Assembly (NCBI GenBank): GCA_017481725.1
Contig: JAFUOX010000043.1
Span: 12,757 to 76,756 of the forward strand
Length of the DNA stretch: 64,000 nucleotides
Source: Kiritimatiellia bacterium
GTDB taxonomy: Bacteria > Verrucomicrobiota > Kiritimatiellia > RFP12 > UBA3636
Direction: 5' to 3'
Every line of letters starts with the position of its first letter. Position 1 is the stretch's first letter. Below are positions 9,707 through 17,903 of this stretch, piece by piece. The notes under the pieces are model-generated. The model saw only the letters and a program-made list of their open reading frames with translations, did no database searches and was not told the DNA's origin. The translations under genes and the position numbers were made by a program.

Positions 9707-10923
9707 GTAAAAAAAATGACAATGTAGTTGAGGATTGCAGCAAATATATCATGAACACTTATGCAAGGGGTGAAGAAACTCCTGTGCTTGTTAGTGGTAA
9801 GGGTTGCCGCGTTAAGGGTAGCAATGGCAATCAGTATTTAGATTTTACATCTGGTATTGCAGTTCAGAATATCGGTCACTCAAATCCAAAATATATCGAG
9901 AAGGTTACTGCACAGCTTGAAAAGATGGTTCACTGCTCTAATCTTTTCTACAATGCAAATCAGGTTGCTCTAGCAAAGAAGCTTGTACAGCTAAGCGGTC
10001 TTGATGGTAAGGCTTTCTTCTGCAATTCTGGTGCAGAGGCAAATGAAGCAATGATTAAGCTAGCTCGCCTATATGGTAGCGAGAGTGGTCGCTATGAAAT
10101 CATTTGCATGAAAAATTCATTCCATGGTCGCACAATGGGTACTCTTTCTGCAACAGGACAGAGCAAGGTTCAGAAGGGCTATGACCCACTTCTACTTGGC
10201 TTCTCTTTTGCTGAGTTTAATGATATCGCTTCAGTAAAGGAGCAGATCACAGATAAGACAGTTGCAATTCTTCTTGAGCCAGTACAGGGTGAGGGTGGTG
10301 TGCTTCCTGCAACTCCTGAGTTTATGGAAGGCGTGCGTGCACTTTGCGATGAGCATAATCTTCTAATGCTTTGCGATGAGGTTCAGTGCGGTATGGGTCG
10401 CACAGGTAAGTGGTTTGGTTGGCAGAATTATTCTGTTGCTCCAGATGCTTTCTCTCTAGCAAAGGCTTTGGCTGGTGGTATCCCTATGGGTGCTATGATT
10501 GCTTCAAAGAAGGTTGCTGATGTATTTGTTCCGGGTTCACATGCTTCCACATTCGGTGGTGGTGCATTGGCTAGCGCAGCAGCTCTTGCTGTTATTGAGA
10601 CAATCGAGGATGATAAGCTTCTTGATAACACAAACAAGATGAGCGAGCTATTTATGACAGGCCTACAGCAGTTTGCAGACAAGTACGATCAGGTGCTTGA
10701 AATTCGCGGCTGTGGTCTTCTAATCGGCATGGTTGTTGAGGATGGCTTTGCAAAGAAGATTGTTGATGAACTTTGCTTTGGTGGCTTGCTAGCATGCGTT
10801 GCTGGACCAAATGTTGTTCGCTTCCTACCTCCTCTATCATTGACAGATAGAGACCTAGATGAGGCTTTGGATATGATCGATGAAGCTCTTGAAATCGTAT
10901 TCGAACCAGAGGAAGAAGCATAA
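9703..10923 (+). CDS. argD: acetylornithine aminotransferase
   Basis: Class-III aminotransferase motifs are present: FCNSGAEANE, DEVQCGMGRTGK and the PLP Lys context SLAKALAGG. Confidence 0.9.
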   Translation: MSKKNDNVVEDCSKYIMNTYARGEETPVLVSGKGCRVKGSNGNQYLDFTSGIAVQNIGHSNPKYIEKVTAQLEKMVHCSNLFYNANQVALAKKLVQLSGLDGKAFFCNSGAEANEAMIKLARLYGSESGRYEIICMKNSFHGRTMGTLSATGQSKVQKGYDPLLLGFSFAEFNDIASVKEQITDKTVAILLEPVQGEGGVLPATPEFMEGVRALCDEHNLLMLCDEVQCGMGRTGKWFGWQNYSVAPDAFSLAKALAGGIPMGAMIASKKVADVFVPGSHASTFGGGALASAAALAVIETIEDDKLLDNTNKMSELFMTGLQQFADKYDQVLEIRGCGLLIGMVVEDGFAKKIVDELCFGGLLACVAGPNVVRFLPPLSLTDRDLDEALDMIDEALEIVFEPEEEA

Positions 10924-10971
10924 GCTTTTTAACTTTCGAATTTTTAAAATATTTAGTTTAGGAGAATAAAA

Positions 10972-12210
10972 ATGGCTCTAACAGTTGATGAAATGAAGGG
11001 ACGCAAGATTGGTATCTGCGTATCTGGTGGTTTGGATAGTAAAACAATCGCAATTCGTTTGCGTGAGGCAGGAGCAGATGTGCTTTGCTTTACAGCTGAT
11101 CTTGGTCAGCCAGACGAGAAGGATATTCGCGATGTTCAGAAGAAGATGGCTCCTTGTGGAGTTGATACTGTTATCGTTGATGTTCGCGAGGAAATGGCAG
11201 AGGCTTGCTTCAAGACAATTATGGCAGAGGCAACCTATGATGGCGGCTACTGGAACTCAACTGGTATTGGTCGTGCTGTAACAGTTCGCAAGATTGTTCT
11301 TGAGATGAAGAAGCACGGAATCTCAACACTTGTTCATGGTGCAACAGGTCGCGGTAACGATCAGATGCGTTTCGAGCGCTACACAAATCAGTTTGCTCCA
11401 GAGATGACAGTTTATGCTCCATGGCGTGATGCAAAGCTTCTAGAGGAATTCCCTGGCCGTACTCAGATGTGCGAGTATCTAGCAAAGTATGATATTGTTG
11501 CATTCCCTGGTGGTAAGAAGCGCTATTCAACAGACTGCAATATCGCTGGTCTATCTCATGAGGCAGAGGACCTAGAGAGCATGGAAACAGCAATGACAAT
11601 CGTTGAGCCAACAATGGGCGTATGGCCAATGCAGGCTCCTGATGCAATTGAGTCTGTAAAGATTAAGTTTGAGAAGGGTCGTCCTGTTGCAATCAATGGT
11701 GTTGAGATGAAGCCATTTGATCTACTTGTTGAGGCAAACAAGATTGGTGGCCGCAATGGTATTGGTATGAGCCATGCTCTTGAAAACCGCATTATCGGCA
11801 CAAAGAGCCGTGGTGTTTATGAGGCTCCAGGTATGGAAATGCTTGGCAAGGCTCTACGCTATGTTTATCAGGCAATCATGGATAAACCATCAACAACATT
11901 GTTTGAGCAGCTATCTCGCTTTGTTGGTGTTCAGATCTACGATGGCAAATACTATGATTTGTCAACTCAGGCTGCTTTTGCTGCAATCGAGAAGTTTGCA
12001 GATAAGGCAACTGGTGAGGTAACTGTTGGCCTATATCGCGGCAATATCCTATTCCAGAGCTTGACTGGTGTTGAGGCTTCTCTATACTTTGAAGAGGATG
12101 CTTCTATGGAAGCAAGCGAGGGCTTGAATCCTGTAAGCTCTCAGGGCTTTGCTGAGATTCAGAGCGTTGAAGCTCGCTCAATGGCAAAGGCTGGTCACAT
12201 TAAGGCATAA
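10972..12210 (+). CDS. argG: argininosuccinate synthase
   Basis: ICVSGGLDS (P-loop-like), HGATGRGNDQMRFE and ENRIIGTKSRGVYE motifs. Confidence 0.93.
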   Translation: MALTVDEMKGRKIGICVSGGLDSKTIAIRLREAGADVLCFTADLGQPDEKDIRDVQKKMAPCGVDTVIVDVREEMAEACFKTIMAEATYDGGYWNSTGIGRAVTVRKIVLEMKKHGISTLVHGATGRGNDQMRFERYTNQFAPEMTVYAPWRDAKLLEEFPGRTQMCEYLAKYDIVAFPGGKKRYSTDCNIAGLSHEAEDLESMETAMTIVEPTMGVWPMQAPDAIESVKIKFEKGRPVAINGVEMKPFDLLVEANKIGGRNGIGMSHALENRIIGTKSRGVYEAPGMEMLGKALRYVYQAIMDKPSTTLFEQLSRFVGVQIYDGKYYDLSTQAAFAAIEKFADKATGEVTVGLYRGNILFQSLTGVEASLYFEEDASMEASEGLNPVSSQGFAEIQSVEARSMAKAGHIKA

Positions 12211-12214
12211 GCAT

Positions 12215-12739
12215 ATGTTGACCGCTGAACAAGAGCAAGCAGTACGCACTTGGGCACAGGAAGGCGCGAGCTTATCTGAGATACAGACGCGCCTTGCTGA
12301 AGAATTTGATATCCATCTAAGCTATATGGACACCCGTTTTCTTGTGATGGATATCAATGCAAATATCAAGGACAAAGAAACACCTGCTCCAAAGCAGCCA
12401 GAGCCACCAGCACGTGCAGAGGCACCTGCAAGTGGTGTTGTTCATGATATTGATGCAGAGAGCGAGAGTGGGGTTGCTTCAGAGATGGAAGCAATGCCAA
12501 TGGGTGGCGCAAAGCCAGTCGAAGAGGGTGAGCTAACAATTGAGCTTAGCCGCATTCAGAAGCCAGGCTTTGCACTTTGCGGAAGCCTAGTTTTCCCTGA
12601 TGGTGAGACTGCAGAATGGGGTATCACAAATGATGGCCGCATCGCTCTTGACCCTGCCACAGAAGGCTATCGCCCAAGCCAGGAATATATTCGCCAATTC
12701 CAAATGAAGCTTAAGGCTCTAATTGAGTCTGCTTATTAA
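12215..12739 (+). CDS. hypothetical protein (N-terminal HTH-like helix bundle, P/E/A-rich linker, C-terminal beta-rich domain)
   Basis: The ATG at 12215 lies 4 nt after the argG stop. The longer 12149 start would overlap argG and is unlikely. No family recognised. Confidence 0.5.
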   Translation: MLTAEQEQAVRTWAQEGASLSEIQTRLAEEFDIHLSYMDTRFLVMDINANIKDKETPAPKQPEPPARAEAPASGVVHDIDAESESGVASEMEAMPMGGAKPVEEGELTIELSRIQKPGFALCGSLVFPDGETAEWGITNDGRIALDPATEGYRPSQEYIRQFQMKLKALIESAY

Positions 12740-12751
12740 AAGCGTTATTTT

Positions 12752-12780
12752 ACCTTGGATTGCCTTTGCTAATCCAAGGT
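12752..12780 (+). other. intercistronic hairpin (10-bp perfect stem ACCTTGGATT / AATCCAAGGT, 9-nt loop)
   Basis: Read directly from the sequence. No T-run follows, so it is not a canonical intrinsic terminator. It lies between the unknown gene and proC. Confidence 0.4.
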
Positions 12781-12817
12781 GAAATGTTCTATAAATCGAC
12801 ATAACATAATTTCGAGA

Positions 12818-13621
12818 ATGACTATGCCAAAAATAGGTTTTTTAGGTGCAGGTAAAATGGGTGGAGCAATCCTAGTTGCTCTAAAAAATGCAAAGGCTGC
12901 AGAAAAGCTTTATGCTTGTGATGCTTATCAACCACGCCTTGATGAGCTAAAGAAAAAATATAAGGTTCAGCCAGCAACTGCTCTTGAAGTCGTTGAAAAA
13001 TGTGATGTCGTTTTTCTTGCAGTAAAGCCTCAGGATTTGGAACCACTCCTAAAGTCTGTGGCAGAGTCTGAATTTGCTGCACATCCTCTTTACATCTCTA
13101 TTGCGGCAGGTAGAAGATTGGAGTGGCTTGAAGCTCTTCTTCCTAAAGCTGCAATTGTCCGTGCAATGCCAAACCTTGCAGTGTCTGTTGGTGAGGGCAT
13201 GACAGGTTATGCTATCGGCTCAAAGGTAAAGAAATCTCAAGCCGCTCTCGCAGGAAAGCTTCTTGCACTAACAGGTAAAGCTGTATTGCTCCAAGAGGAG
13301 CAACTTGATGCAGTTACAGCTCTCAGTGGCTCCGGTCCCGCATTTATGGCTTATGTTCTCCAAGCAATGATTGATGGAGGAGAAGCTCTAGGTCTTCCTG
13401 CTGATGCAGCAAAAACATTAGCACTCCAAACAATGCTCGGAACAGCAAAGGTATTGCAATCCTCCGAAGGTTCAATTTCCGATTTTATTAAAGCAGTAAC
13501 ATCTGCAAAAGGAACCACGGCTGAGGGACTTGCTGTTCTTGAAAAATCTGCAATCAAAGGCACAATGAAGAGAACTCTCTCTGCTGCTGCACGCCGCAGT
13601 AAAGAGCTAAGCAAAATTTAA
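12818..13621 (+). CDS. proC: pyrroline-5-carboxylate reductase
   Basis: IGFLGAGKMGGAI Rossmann motif and SAKGTTAEG near the C-terminus. The start is at ATG 12818 or 12824; the GTG at 12779 lies inside the hairpin. Confidence 0.88.
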   Translation: MTMPKIGFLGAGKMGGAILVALKNAKAAEKLYACDAYQPRLDELKKKYKVQPATALEVVEKCDVVFLAVKPQDLEPLLKSVAESEFAAHPLYISIAAGRRLEWLEALLPKAAIVRAMPNLAVSVGEGMTGYAIGSKVKKSQAALAGKLLALTGKAVLLQEEQLDAVTALSGSGPAFMAYVLQAMIDGGEALGLPADAAKTLALQTMLGTAKVLQSSEGSISDFIKAVTSAKGTTAEGLAVLEKSAIKGTMKRTLSAAARRSKELSKI

Positions 13622-13639
13622 TTTTACTTCTGATTTAAA

Positions 13640-14479
13640 ATGACAAAAAAAAGATCGAGTTTTAATATCAATATACCTTATGGCTTACGCCACCCTGCCA
13701 CAGGATCAAAAAACACTAATAATGATGTTGCATTTGATAATATGGCAGAAATCAAGCGTCGTGCAATAATTAAAGCAGCAATAGTGCCTTTTGTCCTAGT
13801 GCTTGGATTTTGCATTTCAATAATTATTGGCTCTTGTCACAATGAAAAACCAGTAGTCACTGATGAAGAAAAAAAGCCAGAAAAACCTGTCGTTGTTAAA
13901 AGCAACACCATTGCTAAGCCTAAGTCTAAGGGGGTTGATTTAGTTAATCCTGTTCGCCCAGCTCCAGCAAAATTTCCTCGTAATTCTAAAATGCCTAATA
14001 AGCGTGAACGCGATGTTTGTGGCGAGATTGTTAATGGTAAATTCTCTCCAGGTAGAGATTTAATTTTTGTGACCGATTCCCGCGTCTGGTGGGAGAGCGA
14101 TAATGATGGAGTAAGCGATGATGAGTGCGATCATTCTATGCACCGCGCAATGGAAATTCCATTCCGTAGATTGGTCAATCTTGTTGAAGCACAAACAAAG
14201 CTCCAATTAAGAGTGCAAGAGGTTTATCGGCCCGAAGGCATTCATTCTGAAAAGTCTCTTCATAAGGAAGGTCGTGCAATTGATATGACACTCGGCTACA
14301 AGAATGGAGAAAAGCTTAAAACCGCCGCAGAAATGAATGAGGCGTATGAGCAGCTATGTAAGCTCGCTTGGCAGGCTGGCTTTGATTGGGTTTTCTATGA
14401 ATATGGCTCTGGCTCCGGCCCACATGTTCATGCCTCTATAAAGGCAACTGGTCCTTTTTTGACAGATAAGACGAAGTAG
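13640..14479 (+). CDS. membrane-anchored Hedgehog-N-like / LAS-family (DD-peptidase-type) zinc protein
   Basis: A TM anchor (aa about 42-66) and a K/P-rich linker are followed by LRVQEVYRPEGIHSEKSLHKEGRAIDMT...AGFDWVFYEYGSGSGPHVHASIKA. H208-x6-D215 plus H262-x-H264 form a zinc triad, and E254 is present. See findings. Confidence 0.75.
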   Translation: MTKKRSSFNINIPYGLRHPATGSKNTNNDVAFDNMAEIKRRAIIKAAIVPFVLVLGFCISIIIGSCHNEKPVVTDEEKKPEKPVVVKSNTIAKPKSKGVDLVNPVRPAPAKFPRNSKMPNKRERDVCGEIVNGKFSPGRDLIFVTDSRVWWESDNDGVSDDECDHSMHRAMEIPFRRLVNLVEAQTKLQLRVQEVYRPEGIHSEKSLHKEGRAIDMTLGYKNGEKLKTAAEMNEAYEQLCKLAWQAGFDWVFYEYGSGSGPHVHASIKATGPFLTDKTK

Positions 14480-14502
14480 TAATTTAGTTAAGGAGGAACA
14501 CA

Positions 14503-15231
14503 ATGAAAGGAAAGCTTAAAGGAGTGGTTGAGGGCAAAGGCTCCTCCGCTGGTAAGTACTTTGCTATAAATTATGGCCCTATGCCACGATTTAAAGCATT
14601 GCTAATGGAGCTTTGTGTTTTTCTATTTGGAAATATGGCTGGTGCCGCAGGGCTTTTCTTCCGCTCGAAGCTTTATCGCTGCTTCCTCGGTAGCTGTGGT
14701 AAGAAACTTGTTGTTGGTAGAGGCGTTACTCTAAGACATCCTTCTAAAATACATTTTGGCGATGGTGTTATTCTTGACGATAATAGCGTGGTTGATGCAA
14801 AGGGTGAGGATAACGAGGGCATTACCTTCGGTAATAATGTATATATAGGGAAAAACTCTATTGTGTATTGCAAAAATGGCAATATCACCCTTGAGGACAA
14901 GGTAAATATTTCTGCAAATTGCATAATTTTCTCTTCAAATTCACTAACCATGCACCCAGGCAGTATGGTGGGTGCATATTCATATTTTTTGAGTGGTGGT
15001 GAATATGATTATTCAGACCCAACCCCATTTGCAGAGCAAAGTGGTATGTGTACTAAGGGACCTCTTGAGATTGGTGCAAATTGCTGGTTTGGCACACGTG
15101 TCACAGTGCTAGATTCAACAGCAACAATAGGAGAGCATTGTGTGTTTGCAGCTGGTACCGTTGTCACAAAGCCAACAGAACCCAATGGCTTGTATGTAGG
15201 TGCACCAGCAAAGCTGGTTAAGTCAATTTAA
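14503..15231 (+). CDS. left-handed beta-helix (hexapeptide-repeat) acyl/acetyltransferase
   Basis: Repeated [LIV]-G-x4 hexapeptide turns (IHFGDGVILDDNSVV, ITFGNNVYIGKNSIV, IGANCWFGTRVTV, IGEHCVFAAGTVV). An AAGGAGGA RBS is present. Confidence 0.75.
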   Translation: MKGKLKGVVEGKGSSAGKYFAINYGPMPRFKALLMELCVFLFGNMAGAAGLFFRSKLYRCFLGSCGKKLVVGRGVTLRHPSKIHFGDGVILDDNSVVDAKGEDNEGITFGNNVYIGKNSIVYCKNGNITLEDKVNISANCIIFSSNSLTMHPGSMVGAYSYFLSGGEYDYSDPTPFAEQSGMCTKGPLEIGANCWFGTRVTVLDSTATIGEHCVFAAGTVVTKPTEPNGLYVGAPAKLVKSI

Positions 15232-15259
15232 AGGAAAATATTTTTTAAGGAGGAATAAA

Positions 15260-16111
15260 ATGGATTTATTAGTTCTAGCAGCTGGAATGGGTAGTCGCTA
15301 TGGAGGCTTAAAGCAGATGGACCCAGTTGGCCCTAATGGTGAATTTATTTTGGATTATAGTGTACGCTTTGCTAAGGAAGCTGGCTTTGATCGCGTTGTT
15401 TTTGTAATTCGTAAAGACATTGAAAAGGATTTTAAGGAAATCGTTGGCTCACATTGGGAGGATAAATTTAATGTTGCCTATGCAATACAGGATTTGAGCG
15501 ACCTACCTGAAGGCTTCTCTGTCCCAGAGGGAAGAACAAAGCCATGGGGAACAGCTCATGCAGTGCTAGCTGCTCGCGAAATTATTTCCGATTCCTTTGC
15601 TGTTGTAAATGCAGATGACTTTTATGGAGCAGAGGGCTTTAAGCTTGCTTATGAATATTTGAAGCAGACAGAGGCAGAACCAAACACCTTCTGTATGGTT
15701 GCCTATGAGCTTTCCAAGACACTTTCAAATTATGGTGGTGTTTCACGTGGCATTTGTGAAATTGATGAAGATAGCTTTCTCACAAAAATTACAGAACGCC
15801 TTGCATTGCAGCGTGAGGCTGATGGTGTAATTCGTGATTCAGGTGATGCCTTTGCAGATGATACTCCAGTTTCAATGAATCTCTTTGGCTTCAAGCGTAG
15901 CTATATGGATGCACTTATTGCTCGCTTCCCAGAATTCTTGAAGCAGAGCGAAGGTAATCCTAAGGCAGAATATCAAATGCCAACAGAGCTTGGAACAATG
16001 CTTAAAGCTGGTGCAGCAAAGGTAAAGCTATTGCGTACAACCTCTGAGTGGTTCGGTGTTACAAGTCGCGAGGATCGTGCAGAGGTTGTTGAGAAGCTCA
16101 AGAACATTTAA
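15260..16111 (+). CDS. sugar-phosphate nucleotidyltransferase family protein
   Basis: The ATG at 15260 is preceded by AAGGAGGA. N-terminal LVLAAGMGSRYGGLKQ is the NTP-transferase G-rich loop, and VNADDFYG is also present. Confidence 0.7.
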   Translation: MDLLVLAAGMGSRYGGLKQMDPVGPNGEFILDYSVRFAKEAGFDRVVFVIRKDIEKDFKEIVGSHWEDKFNVAYAIQDLSDLPEGFSVPEGRTKPWGTAHAVLAAREIISDSFAVVNADDFYGAEGFKLAYEYLKQTEAEPNTFCMVAYELSKTLSNYGGVSRGICEIDEDSFLTKITERLALQREADGVIRDSGDAFADDTPVSMNLFGFKRSYMDALIARFPEFLKQSEGNPKAEYQMPTELGTMLKAGAAKVKLLRTTSEWFGVTSREDRAEVVEKLKNI

Positions 16112-16126
16112 GGATAGGGGTGTGTA

Positions 16127-16555
16127 ATGGTTAAAAGAGCAGGCTTTTCTTTAGTTGAAATTCTTATTGCCATAAGCATTATGGTGCTTTTAGGAACTGT
16201 TGTTGGTATTGCTTTAAATGATTTACCGACCAAGGGTCGCTGTGATGCAGCGAAACTTCAGGTTGATGCATTTAAAACAGCAATTCAGCTTTATATTGCA
16301 GATAATGGATTAGCACCAACACAAAAGCAGGGCTTAGAGGCATTGGTTGTAAAGCCAACAGAAGCTCCTGTTCCAACAAATTATAAGCCAGGAGGCTATC
16401 TTGATTCACGCGAGGTGCCGCTTGACCCATGGGGTAATGATTATGCATATCTTGTTCCTGGTAGCAATGGTGAGCCATTTGAAATCATCTGCTATGGAGC
16501 AGATGGCGATGTCGGTGGTGAAGGCTATGATGCCGACATCTCCAGCACAAAATAG
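16127..16555 (+). CDS. gspG: type II secretion major pseudopilin GspG-like
   Basis: Prepilin signal KRAGFSLVEILIAISI (G|FSLVE), plus C-terminal DPWGNDYAY...YGADGDVGG typical of GspG. Confidence 0.85.
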   Translation: MVKRAGFSLVEILIAISIMVLLGTVVGIALNDLPTKGRCDAAKLQVDAFKTAIQLYIADNGLAPTQKQGLEALVVKPTEAPVPTNYKPGGYLDSREVPLDPWGNDYAYLVPGSNGEPFEIICYGADGDVGGEGYDADISSTK

Positions 16556-16604
16556 TAACGGACACGTATAATCCCTTTATACTAGATCTATTGGAAAATT
16601 TCTA

Positions 16605-17705
16605 ATGGGCTTGGGGTTACGCAACAAGAATATAAACTATGATGAAGGTTGGTTTTTTGTCACTTTTCAAGTGGCACAAAACAAAAGCCTTCTTGGTGCT
16701 ATTGTAGAAGAACAATGTATCCTCAATGAACTAGGAAATGCGATTGAAAAAAATATTCAAAAGCTCCCCCAAATATATAAAAATGTATATATAGACAAGC
16801 ATGTGGTGATGCCCAATCACATACACATGATAGTGAAACTGTCTGGGTCTGGGTCTGGGGGCAGAGCCCCAGACCCACGATATAATGTAGGTGTGGGATA
16901 TCGCTCTTCTTCTAATTCCGCTGGTTTGGGGCATTGCTCTTCTAATACCGTGGGGTTGGGGCTCAGCCCATCTTCTAATATCGTGGGTTTGGGGCTCTGC
17001 CCATCTTCTAATATCGTGGGTTTGGGGCTCCGCCCCCAAACCCAAACCAAAAATTTATCTCAGATTATTGGCGGCTTTAAAAGCTATACCTCTAACATTT
17101 ATTTAAAACTAAAAAAACAAAATAAATGCCCAGATATAGGTGCAAAACTATGGCAGTCAAGCTACTATGATGTTCTTATTTCAAATCATCAAAAACTTGA
17201 AAATATAAGAAATTATATAGAAAATAATCCTAGAAATTGGGAGCAGGATCGCTTCGGTTCAGTCACGCAATTTTCTCTTGGCAATATTGAGCTACTAAAT
17301 GAGCCTCTAACTGCATTTGTTGCAAGTGAAGGACTAAATGACGGCAAGATGCAATGTATAAAAAAAGGTTTTGAAAAAGATTCTGCTCAAAAGAATAATC
17401 CTGTAATTTCAACCTTTAGTAGCTATGAAGAAAGATGCGTTTTAAATAAATGCTTGGCACATAAACGCCCCATAATAAAGGTGTGCCCTGGCGGGATTCC
17501 TTCTAATCTAGAGCAAAATCTAAAGCAAGCAGTAGATGAAAATAGATGCTTATTAATTTCTCCTATCGGAGCAGAAGTAGGAATAAACAAGCAAAGAGCA
17601 AATGTGTGTAACTTTTATGTTTTAAAAAATGCTGAGGAAATATGGACAGGACACATTCGCCCAGGTGGAAGCCTAGAATCAATTTTGAAAGGAATTAGCC
17701 TATGA
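16605..17705 (+). CDS. IS200/IS605-type Y1 HUH transposase-like protein (RAYT-like) with an internal repeat insertion and an extra C-terminal domain
   Basis: GWFFVTFQ, HUH motif MPNHIHMIV (H72/H74), IIGGFKSYTS, and the catalytic-Tyr region LWQSSYYDVLI...IRNYIENNPRNW. About 65 aa of G/S/L/P repeats separate HUH from the next helix. About 150 extra aa follow NPRNW. Confidence 0.7.
   Translation: MGLGLRNKNINYDEGWFFVTFQVAQNKSLLGAIVEEQCILNELGNAIEKNIQKLPQIYKNVYIDKHVVMPNHIHMIVKLSGSGSGGRAPDPRYNVGVGYRSSSNSAGLGHCSSNTVGLGLSPSSNIVGLGLCPSSNIVGLGLRPQTQTKNLSQIIGGFKSYTSNIYLKLKKQNKCPDIGAKLWQSSYYDVLISNHQKLENIRNYIENNPRNWEQDRFGSVTQFSLGNIELLNEPLTAFVASEGLNDGKMQCIKKGFEKDSAQKNNPVISTFSSYEERCVLNKCLAHKRPIIKVCPGGIPSNLEQNLKQAVDENRCLLISPIGAEVGINKQRANVCNFYVLKNAEEIWTGHIRPGGSLESILKGISL
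16841..17043 (+). repeat. GC-rich in-frame repeat block: (GTCTGG)x3, hairpin 1, four 30-33-bp tandem units, hairpin 2
   Basis: Hairpin 1 is GGGTCTGGGG-GCAGAG-CCCCAGACCC (16851-16876). Tandem units start at 16908, 16938, 16971 and 17004 (tcttctaatatcgtgggtttggggctc..). Hairpin 2 is GGGTTTGGGG-CTCCGC-CCCCAAACCC (17018-17043). Confidence 0.85.
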
Positions 17706-17903
17706 AGCATTTATGTATAGTTTCAGACCAATTAATGCCAAATTTTTCTTCTGTTGTATAAAAACCTACCATACAACACAATGTTAGGCTTCATGAAATT
17801 TTTAGAATATACTGCATTTATTGTGTTCCATTAGCTAATAGTTTTATCATTTTGGGAATATGGGCATTGAGTTTATTTTTCGGTGTATTTTTATTTTGAC
17901 ACG

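Noticed and set aside
11219-11647. 142-aa antisense ORF, with the 11009, 11556 and 11774 ORFs, inside argG
   Set aside because: argG is unambiguous over this span, and the alternative frames show no motifs.
12149-12214. Longer N-terminal extension of the post-argG ORF (start at 12149)
   Set aside because: It would overlap the last 62 nt of argG in another frame. The ATG at 12215 directly after the argG stop is the more economical start.
16731-17106. Three extra ORFs (two antisense, one sense-shifted) over the RAYT repeat block
   Set aside because: All are produced by the GC-rich tandem repeats, which lack stop codons in several frames. The HUH-gene frame is the only one continuous with conserved motifs on both sides.
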